From Prorocentrum cordatum (Eukaryota): DNA of 56,871 nt. Of this stretch, positions 46,641-56,871 are shown piece after piece. Below the pieces are notes generated by a model. The model was not told where the DNA came from and did no database searches. It saw only the letters and a list, made by a program, of their open reading frames with translations. The position numbers were made by a program, and so were the translations under genes. Every line of letters starts with the position of its first letter. Positions within the stretch are counted from its first letter, which is position 1. The stretch covers positions 62,001 through 118,871 of the forward strand of contig CAUYUJ010000060.1 of the NCBI GenBank assembly GCA_963575745.1. The letters run 5' to 3'.

Positions 46641-49600
46641 GGAGGAGGCCAAAAAAAACAATTTGAAAATGGCGCTTGAGGAGGGCCGAGCCCATGGAAG
46701 CGCCTGACCATCCCCCACGCCTCCCATCCCGCCCACCCCACTCGCCTCCACTCAGGGCGAGGGCCCCGCTTCGACGGGGGGGTCCAAGACCTTCCACGGC
46801 ACAAGGAGGAGGAAGAGGAGGAGGAGAGGAGAGAGGACAGGACCAGGATGGTGTCATGATGCGATTGGCTCCCAGGACTTCTGGAGTATCTAGCTGACCT
46901 CGTTTCTTGAGCCCCGTGTGGAACATCAGGAAATATGGGAAATCTGGCAAATCTCCGATCTGATCATGAGAGGAGGGGGGGTTCTGGGATTCTGGGAATG
47001 GCGCGCCACGTGACTGGCGTGTCCCACGAGATACAATAAGGAAAACAGGCATCTGGGAACCTAGTAAAGGGCAAACGCAAAGTTACCTTGACAGGTAAAC
47101 CGCACAAGATGCACATCACCAATTATGGATCCCGTCCTCGGATGCCGCCCCACTGTCGGAGGTCCGTGCTGATTTCTTGGATCGGCGCTGGACTCGCTTT
47201 CCCTAGCGCGAGAAGCGCGCCAGGGGCGGCGCTAAAGGCGCCGCCCGCGGAGCCCAGCGCCATTCCGAGAAATCAGCGCTGAGCTCGAAAAATTGTTTCT
47301 TACAATATGTATATACGTACCTAGAAGCATCTCTCTATGTATATGTATAGATACACATCACGTGCGTGCTCCTCGAAAGAAGAAGGGGCCGGGAAGCTGG
47401 TGCCGCCCCGAACCTGTGACCTGTGCAGCTTCATCGCCCCCGCGATGGTCTCGACGGCAGCCGGCACGTGCTGCGGCTCGACGAGGCTGTCCTCAGTCCC
47501 CGCGGCGGGCCTGTCACCCACTTGGTCTGCTGGGTCCTCGGGGCAAGATCAGCCCTCCTCCTCCTCCTCCTCCTCCTCCTCCTCCTCCTCCTCCTCCTCC
47601 TCCTCCTCTTTCTCCGTTTCCTCCTCCTCCTCCTCCTCCTCCTCCTCCTCTCCCTCCCTTCTCCTCCTCTCCTTCCTTCGCTTCCCCCAGCTTCCCCCTT
47701 CCTTCCTTCTTTTCCCTCCTCCTCTCATCCTCCTGCTACTCCTCCTCCTCCTCCTCCTCCTCCTCCTCCTCCTCCTCCTCCTCCTCCTCCTCCTCCTCCT
47801 CCTCCTCCTCCTCCTCCTCCTCCTCCTCCTCCTCCTCCTCCTCCTCCTCCTCCTCCTCCCCCTCCGCCTCCCCCTCCTCCTCCTACTCCTCCCCCTGGTG
47901 TGGGGCAGTAAGACGGCAGGGGGACTGTTCAGAAGCCAAGATCAGTCAGCATCGAATCGGGAAATCGGGTCGAATCGGAATGTGTGTCGAATCTGGCTGC
48001 ATCGATACGGAGTCGAATCAGGACCGGCCGCGCTAGGATGCACAACCGCGCCGTTCAAGCATCGGGCCGCTCGGACCGTCGGAGCATTGGAGCCGGCTGG
48101 AATCGGGAATTCCGCATCGGATCGATCGGATCGACCCTGCCGTGAGGACCCTCACAATGCATTAACCGCGGGAGAACTTCGATTCGGTGTATCCCTGAGC
48201 AGTCGCAAACAGTGCAGTCAAAACTCCAACCTGAGGCCCCCTTTTGTCCTAGCAGTGGATCGATGCTCCGTCTGCCCTTCTGTGGGACTTCCCCTGGCGT
48301 TCTCAGTGCACCTGGGCGTAGCCGAGGCCCGCCAAAGGGGTCTGTTCCATGCCCAGGGCTCCTCACGGCAAGACCGTGACTGCACCGCTCCGACATCGAC
48401 TTGGAGACGAGCTGTGGATAGCCATGCGAGCGGCTCCTCCTTCCCCGCTGCCATCCTCTCTGCTCCTTGTCATCGCCGTCATGATAGTTGTCCGTCCACA
48501 TTATGTTCCGCCTCCCCCTCATTATCCTCTCTCCATGCCCCGCCCTCCTGCTCTTTCTCGTCATCCTTATCGTTCTTGTCCTGCGCCTCCGCCTCTTCCC
48601 CTGATCCCACCCCCGTCGACACAAGGTCCTCCAGCAAATCCATGATAGCGGATATTCCAGCTTCCTGCACATTTGGAGAGTTGGGCTGGCTGGTCATCTG
48701 GTTCAAGACCACCGGTAAACCTGGCAGGGGCACCTATATTAACGTTGCCTGGACCCAAACGCCAACTTATACCCGACGCATCAATCAGTTGTGAAGACAA
48801 CGCAAAGGCGTATGGTTCCAACAGATGGTGCCTGCAAGACCACTCGTTGATGAGTTCTGTTGACTGAACGAGCTGGGCGATTGCTTAGCAAGCCAGCGTG
48901 TGTGAAACAACCTGACGCGTTTCCACCGCAATGACCCCCCAATCCGGCACACCCTGCAACTCATACCTAGCGCACGTCCAGCTTGCCCCAAGATTGTCGC
49001 AGGAGTCCGTTCTGGAGCCCTCTTGGGAGGGGCCCTCTTGGGCTGCCTTGGAGGCCCTCGACGCCAGCCCTAGAACTCAACATCGCAGAGGTACTAGTTC
49101 TGTCTAGCGATGTTTGCATGCTCGGACCGCTTGCCCTCAAGAGCGCACAAGACGGCACAGGAACAGCCCCCCCAAGACCCGCCCGGCGATGCCTCCCAAG
49201 CACCCAAGAGATTCGGAGCAGGGGGAGTTAAGACAATGAGGGTCGAGGTTCGAGGGTCGAGGTTCGAGGTTGGGGGGATCGAGGTTCGAGGAGGGAGGGT
49301 CGAGATTCGAGGGGGGGGGAGCGAGGGAGGGAGGGATCGAGGTTCGAGGAGGGAGGGAGGGGAGTTGGGACAATGGCGGCTCAAAGTCGGACCTCGGACC
49401 CATCCCGAGGTCCGAACTCACCGACTCTCCGAGCTGCGTCCGGCCGTGGCGACGAGGGGGCCCCTCGACTGCCGACTGCCGTTGTGCCAACTCGCCCTCC
49501 TCTGAGAGAGGCCCGGTTGGCCCCTAAGAGGGGGCCAAGAGGGGGGGGGGGGAGCTCGGACCGTCGTCTGGAGCCCCTCCACCCCAAGATGGGCCCGAGA

Positions 49601-50663
49601 CAGCAGGCAGGCTCCCAGGAGGCCCCCCGGAGGCTCCCAAGAGGCCCCCAGGAGGCCCCCAGCGAGGCCTCCCCAGAGGCCTCGAGGGGCGCAGAACAGG
49701 CTTCCTGTCCACGGCCCAGGCACGGTGGCAGGATGGGCCAAAAGCCACTGGAAGCTTGAGAAGGCGTTTGGACGATGCCATTGCTTCACGCTCCAAGCGT
49801 TTCATGCGCGAACTCTTCGACGGCACAATGAACTGTTGAGTGCGCCAACCATCCGCGCAAGCGTGTCCACTGTAGCACTGAAGAAGAAAGAAAAAAAAAA
49901 CGAAAACTCGAAAACGCTGGGCATTTGAGAAAGGCGGTTCCAATTCCTCTCGCATGGGCCTTTGCTGAGCCTTTGCGATGCATGAGCCTGCTGCAATTAC
50001 CTGTCACTATGATGTCGCACCAGACCATCACAAAAATGATGTGAGTGGGTGGGAGTACTCATGCAAATGCGCATTCCATAGAAGAAACTCCGCGATTTCG
50101 TTAAGTGAGCTCCTGCACGCATCCGTTCACGCCAACGGACGCCTCTGAGAACACCATAACGATTGAGCGTTCCGATGTAGACTCGATGTCTGACCTGACC
50201 TAGCCTGCTACGGACATACTGGGGCTGCGCCGACATGTACAAGCCAGGGACGTAGGGGGCAACCCGTGGCAACTCCTGTGCCCCAACACACAAAAAGGAG
50301 GGGGGGAAGGAGGAAGGTAGAGGGGAGGAAACAATCACCCAGGAATGGCATGGGAACAACTGCATACCACTCGAACGCCTTGCGAAGGCACACGAGGAAC
50401 GCGCCGATCTTGTGGATGTGCATTTCGCTGCCTCGAGCACCTGGACTCTCAACGATGGCACCGACAACCCTCAGGAGCTGCCGTGGAGCTGCAGAATGGC
50501 CCCTGCTGTCGCTCAGCGGCCCGGCCTCCTGGGGGCACACCCTTCGATGGCTGGGCTGGGCGGGTCGGGTGCCACATGAGCTCCCGGATAGCTACCACCA
50601 GGACGCCGGAACTCAAAGAAAACAGATTCAACTGGAGCGCCCCACGGATCGACTTCGTTACTT

Positions 50664-50819
50664 TGAGGTCGGGCCTGTCCCCCTACAGGGGGATGTCAGG
50701 CGAAAAATGAAAAATAGACAAAAACACATACACCAAAATTTATGATTAAAAAAATCGTCCCCTCACTATGTTTTACTATTTTTGCATGTTCCTCCCGTAG
50801 AGGGACAGGCCCGACTTAA
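50664..50819. mobile_element. MITE family A copy with perfect 8-bp TSD CGTTACTT
   Basis: TSD at 50656-50663 and 50820-50827; ends tgaggtcgggcctgtccc and gggacaggcccgacttaa. Confidence 0.9.
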
Positions 50820-50948
50820 CGTTACTTCCAGAAACTGCCAGACCCAGGCGAGAGTAGGACCACCGGCAGCCGAGCCGACTCGCGGGGGTCGACTACTGGC
50901 AGCCGCAATCCCTGGCCATGAGATGGCACCTGACCAATGATTCCTTAC

Positions 50949-51115
50949 TGACTACCTACCAGGCCACCCCAACCTATCCCGAAGACACGAATTTCGGGTT
51001 GGGGGGGGTACGGGTTCCACACGTGTTTTTGTCGATGTTCCCGGACCCCCCACACTGGAAATGAAGGGCAAATGGGGACCTTCGGGTTGGGTTGGGGTGG
51101 TTTGGTGGGCGGTGA
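50949..51115. mobile_element. MITE family D copy (TSD CTTAC)
   Basis: CTTAC at 50944-50948 and 51116-51120; interior colinear with 32622-32789. Confidence 0.9.
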
Positions 51116-51620
51116 CTTACCACGCCACCCGATCTTGCTTACCCGTCGATGCATCCCCCCCTTATGCCTATCCCCCCCTATCGTTGCTCCTGACCAGGGG
51201 AGATCCCGAACGAACCAACAGCGAAACCAAAACCGAATCGAGCGAAAGCAACTGAGAGGGACGCAGCGGCGAAGCAGCGACAGAACAACCGACCGAGCGC
51301 AACCGACCGCGAGACAGCCGAACCGACCAAACCTCGGACACCCATGGCGATCCCCGGCGGAAGCTCGATATGGCCGCGGTAATTAACCCAAAGAGACTCC
51401 GTTGTGCAAGGACTGGCTGCACGCAGGAGCGAGCCTGGGCAAGAGAGGCATTTGGTGCACGGCTTGCCGATCGTTGCATGCTGTCCGACAGCAGCAGCCC
51501 GCGCGCTTGGGTTTGGCCACCTGCGCCTCCACCCCCTGGGAAAATTGTGCACAAAAGGCCGCTCCAGCAAAAGGTCACTCTTAGGCGTAGCCGGTTTAGG
51601 GGTCGCGCAGGAGGAAGTTC

Positions 51621-51825
51621 TAGAAGAGAAGAAAACTGTGTAAACATAAACAAATGGAGGTCCGCGCAGAGTTCTTGAGTCGGCGCAAAACCCCCCACTC
51701 GCGCGCGGAATGTGCCAAGTGCTGCGCCCGAGGCGCCGCCGGGGGGGAGGGGGGTCCAGCGCCGACGCAAGAAATCCGCGCAGACCTCCCAAAGTTTATG
51801 GATATGTCGTTTGGGGGCACCTCGA
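51621..51825. mobile_element. MITE family B copy (TSD AGTTC)
   Basis: Reads gaggtccgcgcaga...ccagcgccga..caagaaatccgcgcagacctc, with AGTTC at 51616-51620 and 51826-51830. Further degenerate copies lie at about 27670-27845, 47157-47290, 52950-53108, 54650-54830 and 55972-56153. Confidence 0.8.
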
Positions 51826-51996
51826 AGTTCGCCGTTGAAGGCTTAGCAACGTTTGCTGGTCCTTGACTCGCGCTGGGTCTTCCGCAATTTATCCAGACGT
51901 ATCTGGATGTCTCTGGAGTTGCTTCGATCTGTCTGGAAATGGCCTGATCCCCGCAAGTCGAGCTGAGAAGAATCGTTCAGCCCTTCGAATCTCGGG

Positions 51997-52248
51997 GCCT
52001 CTCCTGCCTCGGGAGGCGTTCCAGCATCTGCGCCTCGCCACGAGCGGTCTGCAGGTGCCCGAATCGTTCCGAACGGCCGCCAGAGACTTGAATTGCGACT
52101 CGAAGTCCAGACGACGAGGATCACGCCGGGGCCGAATGAACTCCCTACGTGCGTTCGCTCGGAACCCGGCCGGCGGAACGACTCGGGCACCCGCAGACCG
52201 CTCGTGGCGAGGCGCATCTGCTGGAACGCCTCCCGAGGCAGGAGAGGC
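51997..52248. repeat. Foldback: ~83-bp inverted repeat with an 87-bp spacer
   Basis: 51997-52079 is the reverse complement of 52167-52248 with few mismatches. Confidence 0.9.
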
Positions 52249-53572
52249 TCCAAGAACCGACGGGAGCGCCGGAAAGAGCAGGAGGAAGGCTCACTGGGCC
52301 CTGGCAGGAGCCCGATATGGCCGCGGAGGCCCAGAAGAGGCTCTTCTGGTGCTTCATGTTCTCCTCGCGCTCGCTGGGCTCGCGCATGCGCGAGGCCATG
52401 TGGGGCAGGACGGCCCGCAGCGACGCCCGCCAGGGCGGCGACGTCCTCTGGAGGGCTGGGGCCCGTGCGGGGGGCCACTGCATCTGGTCCAGACCTCCTC
52501 CTCCTCCTCCTCCTCCTCCTCCTTCGCCTCCTCCTCCTCCTCCTCCACCTCCGCCTTCTCCTCCGCCTCCGCCTCCGCCTCCGCCTCTGCCTCAGCCTGC
52601 GTCGTGTTGGCTCGTGCGAATCGACGCCGACCGACGCTGATCGACGCTACATCGACGCGATTCGAGGCCAAACCGGCACTGTCTCGTCGATTGCCAGACG
52701 CTAGCGCACGCGAATGCCATCTAAAAACTGAATTCCGAGGGCATGCAATGCTTCCAACGAGTTGCTACCGAACTAATCATCCTCGCCAGGCCAGAGGAAG
52801 AAGAAACGACATGCAGTCGAGCTACTACAAGAAGTAATGGCATTGCTCTGGCGGGTGAACTAGCAGCGCTAGAGGAACAACCATAAATGAACCTACCGCA
52901 CAGCGATGACCTCACGAGCCTGAGCTGTGTGTGATTGTGCTCCCTGCAACGTTCGGAGGCACGCGCGGACTCCTTGATTTGGCGCTGGACCCCCTTAGCG
53001 GCGCCTCCAGCGCCGCCCCCAGCGCGCTCCCCACACCAAGAAGGATGGTCCAGCGCCGATTCCTAACATCCGAGCGGACATCCGACTATACACTTTGTTC
53101 TTCTTCGACCCTCACAAACTCCCCCGCGCCTGGATCAAAAAAAAACTACGGAACATGCTTGTCCGCTTGCGGTTTCCAGGGACGCCCTGCCGGACTCGGG
53201 CGTCGTCAGAAAACAGCTCGTGATGAGAAGCTGGTCCTTGGTCTATGCGAAAAGATCTAGAGATCGGAGGTCTGGGTCCTGCACCTCATTCACCCTCCCC
53301 CCTCGTGCTCCTCACTCCTCCACCCTCCCTCCCTCCCTCCCTCCCTCCCTCCCTCCCGCTCCTCCTCCTCCTCCTCCTCCTCCTCCCTCCTCCTCCTCCT
53401 CGTCCTCCTCCTCCTCCTCCTTCTCCTCCTCCTCCTCCTCCTCCCCACTCCTCTCCTCGCCCGCCTCTCCTCGCTCTTCTTTTTCTTCTTGTTTTTCTTA
53501 TTCTTCTTCTTCCTCCTCCTCCTCCTCCTCCTCTTCCTCCTCTTCCTCCTCCTCCTCCTCTCCATTTGCTCA

Positions 53573-54097
53573 CCCCAGCGCGGTGAGGGGTTAGACCGCA
53601 ACGATCCCCAGCGTGGCGAGGGGTCAGGCCACAGAGCACAACAGCGCGGTGAGGGGTTAGACCGCAGCAGGCCCCTGCGTGGCGAGGGGTTAGGCCACAT
53701 GGGACCCCAGCGCGGTGAGGGGTTAGACCGCAACAGTCCCCTGCGCGGCGAGGGATTAGGCCACGGAGCACCCCAGCGCGGTGAGGGGTTAGACCGCAGC
53801 AGCCCCCAGCGTGGCGAGGGGTTAGGCCACCGTTTCCCCCAGCGCGGTGAGGGGTTAGACCGCACCGCACCCCAGTGTGGCGAGGGGTCAGGCCACGACG
53901 AACCCCAGCGCGGTGAGGGTTTAGACCGCAGCAGACCCCTGCGTGGCGAGGGGTTAGGCCACCAAGGAGCACCTCAGCGCAGTGAGGGGCCAGACCGCAG
54001 CAGGCCCCAGCGCGGTGAGGGGCTAGGCCGCAGAGGACCCCTGCGCGGCGAGGGGTTAGGCCGCAACGCACCCCAGCGTGGCGAGGGGTTAGGCCAC
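53573..54097. repeat. Tandem array of 16 x 33-bp units, each a potential hairpin, with alternating A/B types
   Basis: Unit structure: CCCC(A/T)GC-[GCGGT or GTGGC]-GAGGGGTTAG-[ACCGC or GCCAC]-N6. Confidence 0.95.
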
Positions 54098-55044
54098 AGC
54101 CCCGCGCCAGGCAAGGCGGCCGAGAAGGCCCAAGAGTCCAGGGACCAGCAGCCAGGACGGTCCCTGGAAGAGCGCAGAGCGGAGGAGCGGCAGCGGCCGT
54201 CCATCAGGCTGCTCCTCAAGCTCTGAGAGGGCGGCGGCAGCATATCTTCAGACTGCCGCCGCCCACGGGGCGACTCAAGGAGTCATTGAGTGGCGGCAGT
54301 TCGACGACGTGAGATGAGGCCGCTGGCCCACCCCGCCTCGGGCCGTTCTGCCTGCGCGGGGTGCCGAGACCAGGGGCACCCACTCACGGGCGGGAGCACG
54401 CGGGTTTAAAACTCCTCTCCATTTGCTGTTCGACAATATGTATGATATCCTCTCCCTCCTCATTATCAGATTCCTCCTCGACAAGTGTGACATGGGACGC
54501 CCCCCCCCCTCCCCATCCTCCTCCTTCGTCTCCTCTTCCTGATCCTCCTGCTCCTCCTATCCTCTCCTCCTCCTCCTCCTCCTCCTCCTCCTCCTCCTCC
54601 TCCTCCTCCTCCTCCTCCTCATGCTCCTCCTCCTCACCCTCCTCCTCCACTGAACAAAGAAACGTCTACATCAACAAAGCTTTCGGAGGCCCGCACGGAA
54701 ATCTCAATCCGGCGCTCACCCCCCTCCCAGAGCGCGCCAAGGGGCGGCGCCAGAGGCGCCGCATGGGGATCCGAGCGCCAAATCGTGAAAGCCGCGCGAA
54801 CCTCCGAAAAGTCTTGCTTACATTCGGAGTTCATAAGGGGAGGACACGCAAGAGGACACAAGACCCTTCCGAGGGCTACTTTCCTATAGAAGGCATGGGC
54901 CGCGAAACTCAGGACACAAGGGTACCCTGGATTTGGCAGGGTCAACCTAGTACTCAACCTCGACTGTATGCAGCTGATCATGTGTTCCTCGAGCGCCGTT
55001 GTCGTCGCCGACCTCGCCTCCCCTCCTGGCGAGGACCCACAGCT

Positions 55045-55289
55045 TTAGGTCGGGAATGCCCTCCTACAGGGGGGATTTTGAAGGAAATGTCCCATACTAT
55101 GTATTGACTATTTTGAAACATTTTTGAAGGATTTGGGATTCTGGAGGATTTGGGATTTTGGAAGATTTTGACTATTTATGTTGGGAGGAGTTGGGAGTTT
55201 GTCCCATACTATGTATTAACCATTTGGGAGGATTTGGGATTTTGACTATTTTGAAACACTCCTCCTGTGGAGGGATACGCCCGACTTAA
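55045..55289. mobile_element. MITE family A copy (8-bp TSD CCACAGCT/CCATAGCT)
   Basis: TIRs present; the flanks match at 7/8. Confidence 0.85.
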
Positions 55290-55505
55290 CCATAGCTCCG
55301 ACGTCGCGGCTCCCTCGCAGCGTGGACCCCGCGAGGTCTGGACCTCTTCCCCAAGACCGGCTTCTCGTCTTGAGCCCTTTTTGCCGGCCCTGGTGCCCGT
55401 TGGATCGGGGGGAGGAGGAGGAGGAGGAGGAGGAGGAGGAGGAGGAGGAGGAGGAGGAGGAGGCGACACGGTAGGATAGCAAAAAGGTGGGGTAGAGAAC
55501 CAGCT

Positions 55506-55663
55506 TGAGGTCGGGCATGTCCTCCTACAGAAGGGCTTGGGACGAAAAATTCAAAAGTGTTAAACATGCTCAAGCATATTCAAAAATAGTCATAGAAGCG
55601 TCGCCATCATATTGTCGGACTATTTTTGAATACTCCTCCTGTAGAGGGGCAGGCCCGACTTAC
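55506..55663. mobile_element. MITE family A copy (8-bp TSD AACCAGCT/AACTAGCT) nested in another MITE
   Basis: TIRs present; the flanks match at 7/8. The empty site gagaatcagct is visible at about 28925. Confidence 0.85.
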
Positions 55664-56871
55664 AACTAGCTCACGCAGCTGGACTTCCTGGCGCCTCCCG
55701 GCGCCGGGATGCGCCCATGCATCAAGGAATGGGCCCGGCGGCGGGGTCGAAACCAGCTGCATGCAGCAGAGTTCTAAAATCCCCCCCTTCCCTTTCCCCA
55801 TCCTACCCTTTCGCCCGGCCATGGGTCGGGGGAGGTGCCCTCCCCAAAACGCGGCCGGTGCCGCCTCCTTCGGCAGCGGAAATCCGCGATTTCCCATGGA
55901 AGCGGGACCCGTGGCTAATCCACGCCCCCTTGATCCATGTTTGCGATCGCCTGACCCACGTCGGGGATCGCCAGGAAGAAGAAAAGACGCCATATACACA
56001 AACTTTTGGCGCTCCGCGCGGAGTTCTTGGATCTGCGCCGGACTCCCCTCCCTGGCGCGCGGAGCGCGCCAGGAGCGGGAGGGGCCCAGCGCGGATCCAA
56101 GAAATCCGCGAGGAGCGCTCAAAGTTTATGTGTATGCCGTTTTTCTTCTTCGACTGAGGTGCCCCCCGTCATCCATGTTTGCGATCGCCCGATGTTTGCT
56201 TGGCGGAGATTCGCCTCCCGACGTGGAAGGGGCGGGGGAGGGGGCGCGGTGCCGCTGGCTGTTCTGCGGCCGCCCAGGGGGGTCGTGGCGATGTGCCCCA
56301 GCGACGCCACGCCCGCCTGGGCCACCAGCTCGTTGCACCGCGGGTCCACCGCGTCCATCAGCACGGCCACGCCATCGTCGAGCACCTGCCAGTGGCCTGG
56401 GGGGGCCGAGACTCTCCCCGTCCCCGTCCCCGTCCCCGCCCAACTCTCCCGAAGCCCCGACCCTTTCCTGCAGGGCCAGCATCTCGTCTCTCGACGACCC
56501 CCTGAGCCCTGCGAGGGTCCACAGGGGACAAAAACGACAGCAACCACAGCAAAAAACTGTGTCTCGTTTTGTTTAATTCGCTGAGCCACCAGACGGGCTT
56601 TCCGAGACAAGCTTTCCCCTGGAGCCAGCCCCTCATTCCGAGCCACCTCTTGACGGGCTGGGAGGACGGCGTAGAACCTCCATGGCCCGGCTCGCCTGCT
56701 CGCTTTCAGGCCACTTCTCCTTCAACAGCAGCTCCAACGTGCGAGAGCCCTCCTCGTCGTCCTCCTCCTCCTCATCCTCTTCCTCCTGCTCCTCCTCCTT
56801 CTCCTCCTCCATCCTCCTCCTCCTCCTCCTCCTCCACCTCCTCCTCCTTCTCCTCCTTCTCCTCCTCCTCC

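Noticed and set aside
48200..50650. Complex-looking sequence that might hold host exons or a decayed transposase
   Set aside because: No frame gave a recognisable motif. It needs a translated homology search.
53573..54097. CRISPR array, telomeric repeat, or the 245-aa repeat protein at 53489-54226
   Set aside because: The spacers are only 6 nt and GGGTTAG is not tandem. The ORF starts in a microsatellite and frames are open on both strands, so coding is unsupported.

Overview
Repeat-dense, GC-rich eukaryotic DNA, most likely from a dinoflagellate. That call is an inference from near-perfect DinoSL spliced-leader relics, a GA-AG intron and very abundant (GGA/CCT)n and (CAT)n microsatellites. 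No ordinary host gene could be supported. The main feature is a ~13-kb Helitron (~4628-17666, +) inserted in a TA-rich microsatellite. It encodes a RepHel protein (four tandem CxxC-x20-CxxC fingers, HUH Rep, Pif1-like helicase) that is split by a 416-nt introner-like GA-AG intron with terminal inverted repeats. It also carries two intact intronless cargo ORFs. One of them (15859-17319) shows, by eye, the ordered motifs of the aGPT-PPlase1 / 5-hmdU-DNA-kinase helical family known from phage thymidine hypermodification, which is notable because dinoflagellate DNA is rich in 5-hydroxymethyluracil. The window also holds three decayed LINEs: one has an in-frame ORF1-UAG-ORF2 junction, one starts at a spliced-leader relic, and one is a fragment at the window edge. 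There are several MITE families with readable TIRs and TSDs, an 83-bp-repeat element family, and a 16-unit 33-bp hairpin array with covarying stems. All protein family calls come from visual motif recognition; no database search was run.
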